A program made the translations under genes and the position numbers. Positions 10,189 to 18,684 of a stretch of 64,000 nucleotides of DNA are shown one piece after another (the stretch's first letter is position 1; each line of letters begins with the position of its first letter). The DNA is from Sedimentisphaerales bacterium (lineage in GTDB: Bacteria; Planctomycetota; Phycisphaerae; Sedimentisphaerales; Anaerobacaceae), in NCBI GenBank assembly GCA_040772485.1, contig JAXGYC010000007.1:992001-1056000 (forward strand), given 5' to 3'. Below the pieces are notes generated by a model. That model made no database searches. It worked only from the letters and a program-made list of their open reading frames with translations, and was not told the DNA's origin.

Positions 10189-10365
10189 CGTGTCCGGCGG
10201 TCACTGTCGGCCTGCGACTGTTGTTCTGGCCCAGGTAGCAGTCTCCATCGGGACACAATGCCGGGCTTTTGCATTGATTTTCCCCGGCTCGGACCCTATC
10301 CTACCCCGACGTGAGTCAAGCGTCTGCACGAAGCCATTTCCGGAACACCGGACAAGGAGAAGACT

Positions 10366-11178
10366 GTGGAGACCATCGGTTTCATCGGCAGCGGCAACAT
10401 GGCCGAGGCCCTCATCAACGGTGTCTTGAAGGCGGGCGTGTACCGGCCCGGCAAGGTGTACGTCAGTGACGTTCGCCCGGAGAGAATCGAGTACCTCCGA
10501 GAACACTACGGCGTCCGGACCGCCGATGGCAATGCGGACCTGGCCTCGAAGGTCGACGTTCTGGTGCTGAGCGTCAAACCGCAGAACATGAAGGACGCGT
10601 TGGAGAGCATCCGATCCAGCATCAACGAGGACACGCTGGTCATCTCGATCGCCGCCGGCATCACCACTTCCCTGATCTCGTCGATCCTCGGCGATCTGGC
10701 CATCGTTCGAGTGATGCCGAACATGCCCGCGTGGGTGGACGAGGCGGCCAGCGCCCTCTACGCCAACGCAAAGGCTCGCACCAAAGTGGAGAAGGCCCGG
10801 CTCATCCTCTTGAGTGTGGGCAAGGTCGTCGTTGTCGAGAACGAGGAACTGCTCGATCCGGTTACCGCGGTCAGCGGCTCCGGCCCGGCCTATTTCTTCC
10901 TGCTGATGCATGAGATGATCAAGGCGGGCGTCGAGCTGGGCCTGCCCGAAGAGGATGCACAGAGCCTGGTGCTCCAGACCGCCAGAGGCGCTGCGCTGCT
11001 GGCGGAGAAGGCCGCCGGCGAAGGCAACAGCCCCGCGGTGCTCAGCGCGAGAGTCGCCACGCCCAACGGGACCACAGAAGCGGCGTTCAAGGTGTTTCAG
11101 GCCGGCGCGTTCGGCGAGATGGTCTCCAAGGCGCTGCGCCGCGCCTCGGAGCGCAGCCGGGAGCTTTCCGCCGGTTGA
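10366..11178 (+). CDS. proC: Pyrroline-5-carboxylate reductase
   Basis: IGFIGSGNMA, VRVMPN, TAVSGSGPAY, VATPNGTT; AGGAGA RBS before GTG. Confidence 0.96.
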   Translation: METIGFIGSGNMAEALINGVLKAGVYRPGKVYVSDVRPERIEYLREHYGVRTADGNADLASKVDVLVLSVKPQNMKDALESIRSSINEDTLVISIAAGITTSLISSILGDLAIVRVMPNMPAWVDEAASALYANAKARTKVEKARLILLSVGKVVVVENEELLDPVTAVSGSGPAYFFLLMHEMIKAGVELGLPEEDAQSLVLQTARGAALLAEKAAGEGNSPAVLSARVATPNGTTEAAFKVFQAGAFGEMVSKALRRASERSRELSAG

Positions 11179-11252
11179 CCGGACGCAGCGAGCACCCTTT
11201 GGATCGAACCCCGGGAACAACTGACAATTCGCATCGAGGAGTTGGTAGCACA

Positions 11253-12833
11253 ATGACCAGAAGTCGTATTCCGTCCGCATCTCCTGTCGATCTGCCGCCA
11301 TTCGTCAATGAACCGATCTTCCCCGGCCCGGACGATCCGAGAGTGCAGCAGGCGTTTCCTCTCGCCATTGCCCAGGTCCGCAAGCAGCTCGGCAGGACCT
11401 ATCCGCTGTACATCGACGGGCGTGACATCACGACCGCGGCCACGCTGGATTCCGTCAACCCGGCCGACCCTGAACAGATCGTCGGCAAGGTCTGCCAGGC
11501 CGGCACGCGCGAAGCCGAGATGGCCCTCGATGCCGCCGAACGGGCCCTGCTGACCTGGCGAGACGTCGATCCGTCGCAGCGCGCCCTGTATCTCGTCAAG
11601 GCCGCCGAACTAGCTCGGCGAAGGATATTCGAGTACTCCGCCTGGCAGGTCCTCGAAGAGGGCAAACAGTGGGCCCAAGCCTACAACGACGTGGCCGAGG
11701 GCATCGACTTCCTGGAGTACTATGCCCGGGAAATGATCCGCCTGGGCGCACCGCAGGACATGGGCAGCTACGCCGATGAATCGAACGTCTGCTTCTACCA
11801 ACCCAAAGGCGTCGCCGTAGTCATCGCGCCGTGGAACTTCCCGTTCGCGATCGGCTGCGGGATGTGTGCGGCCGCCATCGTCACGGGCAACCCGGTGGTC
11901 TTCAAGCCGTCCAGCCAGTCGTCCGTCGTCGGGCATCACCTCGCGGAGATCTTCCGCGAGGTCGGACTTCCCGACGGCGTGTTCAATTACGTCCCCGGCC
12001 CGGGCTCGCAGATCGGCGATCTGCTGGTGGACAGTCCCAAGGTCGCCGTGATCGCCTTCACCGGCTCGATGTCGGTCGGCTTGCGAATCATCGAACGCGC
12101 CGGCCGCACCCCTGAAAACCAAGCTTCCGTCAAGAAGGTCGTCTGTGAGATGGGAGGCAAGAACGCCATCATCCTCGACGAGGAGTTTGACGAGGAGGCC
12201 GCCATTCGCGATGTCCTGTACTCCGCCTTCGGCTACCAGGGCCAGAAGTGCTCGGCCTGTTCGAGGCTGATCGTGGTCGACAAGGCCTACGACCGTTTCG
12301 TCCCGAAACTCGTCGCAGCGGCCAGGAAGCTCAAGATCGGGCCGGCGGAAAACCCGGACAACTACATGGGGCCGGTGATCGACGCCAAGGCACAGCGCAC
12401 CATCATGCAGTACATCGATCTGACCGCCAGGGAGGGCACAGTGCTCTACCGCAGTGAGGTTCCTGCCAAAGGCTATTACGTCCCGCTGACGATCGTCGAG
12501 GGGATTACGCCACAGAAGCGCCTGGGCCAGGAGGAAGTCTTCGGTCCGGTGCTCTCGATCATGCGTGCGAAGGACTTCGACGAGGCGCTTCGCTGGGCCA
12601 ATTCAACGCGGTTCGCCTTGACCGGCGCGGTTTTCAGCCGGAACGAAGACCATCTCGACACCGCTGTGCGCCAGTTTCGCGTCGGCAATCTGTACCTGAA
12701 CCGCGCCAACGTCGGCGCTCTGGTGAAAGTGCAGCCCTTCGGCGGCTTCAAGATGTCCGGCGCCGGAACCAAGGCCGGCGGCCCTGACTATCTGCTGCAC
12801 TTCATGGACCCGCGTTGCCTGACGGAACCCTGA
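11253..12833 (+). CDS. pruA: L-glutamate gamma-semialdehyde (P5C) dehydrogenase
   Basis: ALDH motifs APWNFP, AFTGS, EMGGKN, GQKCSACSR, EEVFGP and KAGGPDYL; ATG chosen after GAGGAG. Confidence 0.88.
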   Translation: MTRSRIPSASPVDLPPFVNEPIFPGPDDPRVQQAFPLAIAQVRKQLGRTYPLYIDGRDITTAATLDSVNPADPEQIVGKVCQAGTREAEMALDAAERALLTWRDVDPSQRALYLVKAAELARRRIFEYSAWQVLEEGKQWAQAYNDVAEGIDFLEYYAREMIRLGAPQDMGSYADESNVCFYQPKGVAVVIAPWNFPFAIGCGMCAAAIVTGNPVVFKPSSQSSVVGHHLAEIFREVGLPDGVFNYVPGPGSQIGDLLVDSPKVAVIAFTGSMSVGLRIIERAGRTPENQASVKKVVCEMGGKNAIILDEEFDEEAAIRDVLYSAFGYQGQKCSACSRLIVVDKAYDRFVPKLVAAARKLKIGPAENPDNYMGPVIDAKAQRTIMQYIDLTAREGTVLYRSEVPAKGYYVPLTIVEGITPQKRLGQEEVFGPVLSIMRAKDFDEALRWANSTRFALTGAVFSRNEDHLDTAVRQFRVGNLYLNRANVGALVKVQPFGGFKMSGAGTKAGGPDYLLHFMDPRCLTEP

Positions 12834-12914
12834 GTGCGGCCGGGCTTGAGAGACGGATCGCAATGACCTGTCCGACCGGATCGCGCCATCACGGCAGCGG
12901 CCCGATGGCTTGGT

Positions 12915-13097
12915 CTATTCCACGATGATCGCCTCCACCGGGCACTCGTCGGCCGCCTGTTGTACGGCGTCTTCGTGCTCGGCCGGGACCACATCGACGA
13001 TCACCGTGGCCATGTCATCCCCCATTTCGAACACCTCCGGGCAGGTGTCGCAGCAGAGTCCACACGCCGTGCATGTATCCTCGATTCGTACTTTCAT
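12915..13097 (-). CDS. Single-cluster [4Fe-4S]/[3Fe-4S] ferredoxin
   Basis: CTACGLCCDTCPEVF...ECPVEAI; AAGGAG RBS; TTGACA-N17-TATTCG upstream (13163-13191). Confidence 0.93.
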   Translation of the reverse strand: MKVRIEDTCTACGLCCDTCPEVFEMGDDMATVIVDVVPAEHEDAVQQAADECPVEAIIVE

Positions 13098-13337
13098 GGC
13101 CAACTCCTTTTCTGCGGCGTCCTATCCTCACGGCCCCTTCGGGGCCATCACCTCTGGCTTGACGAATACGGCATCGCTGCGTGCTTGTCAACCCTCTGGG
13201 CATGGGTTTTTCAGGCGGCCGGGACCATACAAGACGCTTGTACGAGCCATCCTTTGCCGATATGATGGTGGGAGATTTCGTGTGGCGGCTTTTGATGCAG
13301 CCGAATCGCTCGTCACTTCATCGTTGGGAGAGTCGAT

Positions 13338-14138
13338 ATGAAGACCAGGGCGTTCACCTTGATCGAGCTGCTTGTGGTCATTGCCATCATCGCGGTGCTG
13401 ATGTCCATCCTGATGCCGTCCCTCAAACGTGCTCGCGAACAGGCGAGAAGCCTGACCTGCCGCAGCAACGTACGAACCCTCGCACTGGCATGGCTCATGT
13501 ACAAGGACGAGAACGACGGTAAGCTGGTTTCGGGCACGACGCCCATCGCTCCGCTGTCTGCGTCGAATCCCGCTGCCTGGGTGGTCATCCCGCCGGGAGG
13601 GGCAAGCTCCTCCATCGAGGACAAGAAGGAATACATCCAGCAGGGACTGCTGTGGCCTTACGTCAAGGAACTGGAGGTCTATCGCTGTCCATCCGACCGA
13701 CGCAAGAACAGTCCGGGACATCAGTATGCCTATCGCACCTATTCGATCGCCGGCGGGATGAATGCGGTGCCGGCCGGCACGTGGGAGATCCGCCCCTGCA
13801 TCAACTACACGGACATCAAGCAGCCGGCGACCAAGTACGTCTTCCTGGCCGAGTGCGATCCGCGCGGATACAACAACGGCTCCTGGGTGATGAATCCCAA
13901 GTCCAGACAATGGGTCGATCCGTTCGGAGTCTGGCATCGGGACGACAGCAGCACGCTGGGCTACGCCGACGGCCACGTCGAAATGCAGCGATGGCACAGC
14001 CGGGCGCTGATGGAGTGGAACCTTCGATCCCTGCACGAGCCGGCCAGCTTCGCCTTCTACCGAACGCCGGTCGACGACGAGGAATGGGCGGACTTCGAGG
14101 TCATGCTCAAGGGCTACGCCTACCGCTCGCTGCTCTGA
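13338..14138 (+). CDS. Prepilin-type N-terminal cleavage/methylation protein with H-X9-DG-type motif
   Basis: [22 protein letters not shown]-terminal WH...GYADGH. Confidence 0.9.
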   Translation: MKTRAFTLIELLVVIAIIAVLMSILMPSLKRAREQARSLTCRSNVRTLALAWLMYKDENDGKLVSGTTPIAPLSASNPAAWVVIPPGGASSSIEDKKEYIQQGLLWPYVKELEVYRCPSDRRKNSPGHQYAYRTYSIAGGMNAVPAGTWEIRPCINYTDIKQPATKYVFLAECDPRGYNNGSWVMNPKSRQWVDPFGVWHRDDSSTLGYADGHVEMQRWHSRALMEWNLRSLHEPASFAFYRTPVDDEEWADFEVMLKGYAYRSLL

Positions 14139-14147
14139 GATGGGACG

Positions 14148-15506
14148 CTATCCCACGTGGTACGCGGCCAGCTCTCGAATAAGCGGCTCGCCCACAGAAT
14201 CCAACGTGCGCAGGCGAAGCATCGCCACCTGAATCGATGCGAACTGTTCAATCCGTTTGTGTCCGACGGATTGACCCTCGCAAAGCGATTGCCACGTATC
14301 AGGCCCGGTCAGCCCTTCAATCCGATACCTGCGGATGCGTTCGCCTTGGCGGATGTCCTCCATAATGACGACATGGTCGATGGTCGACGGCTTGGGCAGC
14401 CTCAATTCGACCGTAGAGCCGCTGCCCTCCGTACGCGCCAAGGGGGTATCGAATCGTCTGCGGATTTCCTTGCCGAACTCGACGTACCGCTGGAAGTCAG
14501 CCTGCGGAACCAGTCCTTCCGGGTTGGGATTGGCGTTGAGCAGCAGATTGCAGTTGCGGCCCACCGAGCGGTAATACATATCCATCAACTGCTCGACGGA
14601 GTAGAGTTTGTGGTCGGCATCCGGCGTCCAGAACCACTCATGGTTGCGAACCGGGACATCGCACTCGCCCGGCAGCCAATAGCGGCCGTCCGGATCACCC
14701 GGGCCGTGATAGTCCTGGCGGTGAGGGACCGTGGCCCAGCAGGGATAGGCGGCAACGCCCTGCTCGTTGCCGATCCATCGGATCGAGGCGGCCGGACCCT
14801 GAAAGACAACGGCGTCGGGCTGATGCTTCTGATAGATCGGGACCAGGTCCGGCCCGCCTTTCTCTACCGGCAAGGCCCCGCCGTCGAACCATATCTCGAA
14901 CAGCTCGCCATAGCGGCTCCACAGCTCTGTCAGCATCTGCTCGCAGATCTTCACATAGCGGGCCTGAGCCGCCGAGTCCCCGCCCTTGCCGCGATTGACC
15001 AGGCCGGGATTGTCTACCTCCAGATACCCATTGGCCGTCACCGAGGCGTACAGGCCCGGCTGGATGCCGTACTTGTGGCACGATTCCACGAAGTCGCGAA
15101 CGACATCGCCCTTGCCGTTCCGCCAGGCAGACTGCTTGACGCCGTAAGGGTAGAGATCGCTCTGCCACTGGAGGAAGCCACTGCAATGCTTGGCCACGAA
15201 AACGGCATACTTGGCCCCCATAGCCCTGGCTGCCTCCATCCACTGGTCCGTGTCCAGCTTGGACGGGCTATACATCTCGGGCGTCGGCTTGTCGCGCCAA
15301 CTGCGCCAATCCCATCCCGGCTTGTAGATCGGCAGGTCGAAATGGAAGAACATTCCGAGTTCCATATCCTGCCAGCGGGCCTGTTGCGCACTCGGCTTCG
15401 GCAGAGCCGCCACGTCCCCCATGACGCGGGCGGCCCTCAGAGACCTCCGGCCAAAAGCAACCGCAGAGGCAGCCGCGACATCCTGTAGAAACTGACGTCG
15501 ATTCAC
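14148..15506 (-). CDS. alpha-L-fucosidase (GH29), Tat-exported
   Basis: NRRQFL Tat motif; GMFFHF, VAKHCSGF, EIWFDG, YYRSVGRN, LLLN. Confidence 0.9.
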   Translation of the reverse strand: MNRRQFLQDVAAASAVAFGRRSLRAARVMGDVAALPKPSAQQARWQDMELGMFFHFDLPIYKPGWDWRSWRDKPTPEMYSPSKLDTDQWMEAARAMGAKYAVFVAKHCSGFLQWQSDLYPYGVKQSAWRNGKGDVVRDFVESCHKYGIQPGLYASVTANGYLEVDNPGLVNRGKGGDSAAQARYVKICEQMLTELWSRYGELFEIWFDGGALPVEKGGPDLVPIYQKHQPDAVVFQGPAASIRWIGNEQGVAAYPCWATVPHRQDYHGPGDPDGRYWLPGECDVPVRNHEWFWTPDADHKLYSVEQLMDMYYRSVGRNCNLLLNANPNPEGLVPQADFQRYVEFGKEIRRRFDTPLARTEGSGSTVELRLPKPSTIDHVVIMEDIRQGERIRRYRIEGLTGPDTWQSLCEGQSVGHKRIEQFASIQVAMLRLRTLDSVGEPLIRELAAYHVG

Positions 15507-15650
15507 TATCGAGCCTCCCTTTCACTTGGTGGCACAGCACAACCACGGATGGGATCCAGGTAAACACGATTTTATCATAGGCCCCTTCCGGGTGATCCAG
15601 AAAGCTGTTTTTCCTTGTTATATAATGCTCCTTTTGATACAAATAGGAGA

Positions 15651-15951
15651 GTTCGGAGGTGTTTTCTTGTGCGCGGACCGCCCTTGCTCCGGCGTGGCGT
15701 CTTCGTCTGACGGGGAGGAGCAAAACCGGTCCGCAGCGCCAGATCAGCCGGAGGTATGGAGCAATGCCCTGGATTCGACGCACAGCGAAGCCCGGAGCGT
15801 CAGCCGATGTTCGTGCAACGTTTCGGGTCGGCGTATCCCCACCCTTTGACAGGGGCATCAACCTCATCGATCGCAACATGACACGTGCCGTACCCGCTTG
15901 CGGGCCACGGACAATTCCATTTCGGCGTTGTCTTGAAGAAGGAGGATAGCC
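15651..15951 (+). repeat. Conserved ~300-bp leader, copy 1
   Basis: Shares blocks gttcggaggtgt..tcttgtg, gacgcacagcgaagcccggagcg and ccatttcggcgtt..cttgaag with 18379-18684. Confidence 0.75.
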
Positions 15952-18231
15952 ATGTGCAAGAAATCGTTTGTGCGAGCATCTCGTGCATCAAATCTCCGGT
16001 CAGAAACGCGACGTCCGGAGAGACTCCCTTCAGTCCGCCCGACATCCCGCATCTTGTGGCTTGTGGCGTTTGCCATCGGGTGGATGATGGCCGGATTCGG
16101 CGGCATTGCCATCGGGCAGGTCGCCGGCGTGGACGATCCGTCGGACATGGCCGATTCGAGCGGCGACATCAAGCGTATTGAGGCATGGGTGGCCGACGGC
16201 AAACTGAATCTGACGATGACAGTGTACGGCGTTTTCGCACCTTCCGTAGCACAGACCCCTGCCGGCATGACCAACCGGTACTACTACCATTGGATTCTCG
16301 ACACGGACAACGATCCGGCCACCGGCTATTACAACGCCGAGTACGAGGGCAACGCGACCGGTGTGAAAACCCCTATTGGCGTGGATGTGGTGGTTCAATT
16401 CGGCTGGCGCGACGGCCACACCAACGGCGTGTACGCCTATATTGCATTGACCGAAGAGGCCCTGATCGAGGACTACGAATACACGATTGACGGCGATACG
16501 ATTCACGCGATCATCCCCCTGGCGGATTTGGGATTGACTCCGGACGACATCATTGCGCTGTCCGCGTTTCAGGAAGGCGCGTCTAACGGATGGCAGATCG
16601 ATTGGCTCGAGTCGGTTGTGATGCCGTTGACGGTCGTCAAGGCCACCAATCCCATCCCGGCAACGGGCAGCGACGATATCCCGAGGGATGTGATCCTGGG
16701 TTGGAAACCGGGTGCGTCGGCGGCCAGGCACAACGTGTACTTCGGAACGGATTGGGCCGACGTCAACGATGCCTCCGTGCCCACGGCCCAGGATCTGGAT
16801 GTCAATTCCTTCGATCCCGGTCGCCTTGATTTCGGCCAAACCTACTACTGGCGCGTGGATGAAGTGAATAGCGCACCCGACTTCACCGTATTCAAGGGAG
16901 ACGTGTGGAACTTCACGACAGAACCCTTCGCCTATCCCAGCGCGAATATCATCGTCACAACCAATGCCATCTCCGAGGCAACGCAAAGCATCGAGAACAT
17001 CCTCAATGGCTCCGGGCTCGACGAGGCCGACCAGCACTCGACCAAGAGCACCCACATGTGGCTTGGCAGCCCCGCGGGCGCCGATCCCATCTGGATTCAG
17101 TTTGAGTTCGATCGCGTATACAAGCTCCACGAGCTCTGGGTCTGGAACTACAATGTCGAGTTCGAACTGGTTCTGGGTTTCGGCATCAAGGAGGTGACGA
17201 TCGAGTACTCTGCGGATGGAGTGGACTGGATGAGTCTGGGTGACATGGAACTGACCCAGGCCACCGCCAACTCCAGCTACACACACAACACCACCGTGAA
17301 CTTCGCCGGCGTAGCGGCCAAGTACGTCAGACTCACGGTCAACGGCGGATGGGGCGCAATGGCTCAATACGGGCTCAGCGAGGTTCGCTTCTACTATATT
17401 CCGGCCTTTGCCCGGGAACCGCAGCCGGCGAACGGAGCGGCGGAAGTTGCCGTCGAGCCGGCGCTGAGCTGGCGGGCGGGACGTGAGGCGGTCTCGCACA
17501 ACGTTTATCTCGGCACCGATCCCGAGGCTCTCGCGCCAGCGGCGACGACACAGGCCGCGAGCTTTGCGCCGGACGACTTGGTCTTCGGCAACGTCTATTA
17601 CTGGCGAGTCGACGAGGTCAACGAGGCCGCCAGCCCTGCGACGTGGGAAGGCGACCTGTGGAGCTTCACGACACAGGAATACGCGACGATCGACGACATC
17701 GAAGGCTATACCGACGACATCGACGCCGGCCAGGCCGTCTTCCAGACCTGGATCGACGGCTGGACCAACAACACCGGATCGACCACCGGCTACGCCGAGT
17801 CGCCGTTCGCCGAGAAGGCCATCGTTCACGGCGGGCGGCAGTCGATGCCCGTAAGCTACGACAACACTTCAGCCCCGTTCTATTCCGAGATCTCGCGAAC
17901 CTGGGACAGCCCGCAAGACTGGACCGGCCACAGCGCAAACACTCTGGTGCTGCACTTCTACGGCCCCGAGGACAACACCGCCGAGACGCTGTACGTGGCG
18001 GTCGAGGATAGCGCCGGTCACGTCGCAGTCGTTGCGCATCCTGATCCCGACGCGCTGACGGTCGCCGCCTGGCAGTCCTGGACGGTCCCCTACAGCGAGC
18101 TGGCGGGTGTGAACATGGCGCAGGTCGAGACGATGTACATCGGCGTCGGCAATCGCGCCACCCCGACCGCCGGCGGCAGCGGCCTGCTGTTCATCGACGA
18201 CATCGGCTACGGCGCGCCCTTGGCCGAATAA
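15952..18231 (+). CDS. Secreted modular protein (N-terminal unknown domain + discoidin/F5-8-like + conserved C-terminal module)
   Basis: Signal-like hydrophobic stretch; repeated YYWRVDEVN units; discoidin-like WIQFEFD..LWVWNYN..GLSEVRF; paralog of 18685-20994. Confidence 0.8.
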   Translation: MCKKSFVRASRASNLRSETRRPERLPSVRPTSRILWLVAFAIGWMMAGFGGIAIGQVAGVDDPSDMADSSGDIKRIEAWVADGKLNLTMTVYGVFAPSVAQTPAGMTNRYYYHWILDTDNDPATGYYNAEYEGNATGVKTPIGVDVVVQFGWRDGHTNGVYAYIALTEEALIEDYEYTIDGDTIHAIIPLADLGLTPDDIIALSAFQEGASNGWQIDWLESVVMPLTVVKATNPIPATGSDDIPRDVILGWKPGASAARHNVYFGTDWADVNDASVPTAQDLDVNSFDPGRLDFGQTYYWRVDEVNSAPDFTVFKGDVWNFTTEPFAYPSANIIVTTNAISEATQSIENILNGSGLDEADQHSTKSTHMWLGSPAGADPIWIQFEFDRVYKLHELWVWNYNVEFELVLGFGIKEVTIEYSADGVDWMSLGDMELTQATANSSYTHNTTVNFAGVAAKYVRLTVNGGWGAMAQYGLSEVRFYYIPAFAREPQPANGAAEVAVEPALSWRAGREAVSHNVYLGTDPEALAPAATTQAASFAPDDLVFGNVYYWRVDEVNEAASPATWEGDLWSFTTQEYATIDDIEGYTDDIDAGQAVFQTWIDGWTNNTGSTTGYAESPFAEKAIVHGGRQSMPVSYDNTSAPFYSEISRTWDSPQDWTGHSANTLVLHFYGPEDNTAETLYVAVEDSAGHVAVVAHPDPDALTVAAWQSWTVPYSELAGVNMAQVETMYIGVGNRATPTAGGSGLLFIDDIGYGAPLAE

Positions 18232-18248
18232 CTGTGAACAAAACCGAT

Positions 18249-18280
18249 CGGCAGGGGCGAGGCATGCCTCGCCCCTGCCG
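18249..18280. repeat. REP-like perfect palindrome, copy 1
   Basis: cggcaggggcgaggca|tgcctcgcccctgccg (32 bp). Confidence 0.85.
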
Positions 18281-18378
18281 CCCCGGAGAAATCCGGTGCA
18301 ATGGCCCAGTGGCACTGGGGACACGACTGACGCCCTTTTCTCTTGGCGCGTCAGACGGCGTCTGATATTGATGAGCTG

Positions 18379-18684
18379 GTTCGGAGGTGTCTTCTTGTGA
18401 GTGGATCGCCTCTGCTCGGACTCGGAGTTGTGCGGTAGAAGTCCGACGGCACCCACACCACACGCAGACTCGGAGGCCGGAAGAATGCCTTGGATCGGAC
18501 GCACAGCGAAGCCCGGAGCGCCGGCCAGTTTCCTTGTGGCGTCTCGGAACTTCTACAGCCACAATCTGCAATGCACGTCCCTTGGCAGAATGATCCACTT
18601 CACAGATCGCGACAAGACGCGCGCCCGGCCTGTCGCCGGAGCACGACAGATCCCATTTCGGCGTTTTCTTGAAGGAGGATACCC
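18379..18684 (+). repeat. Conserved ~300-bp leader, copy 2
   Basis: Blocks co-linear with 15651-15951. Confidence 0.75.

Noticed and set aside
15711..15810. Leader as a c-di-GMP-I riboswitch
   Set aside because: Only a partial gacgca resemblance; the GNRA/receptor two-stem architecture could not be built
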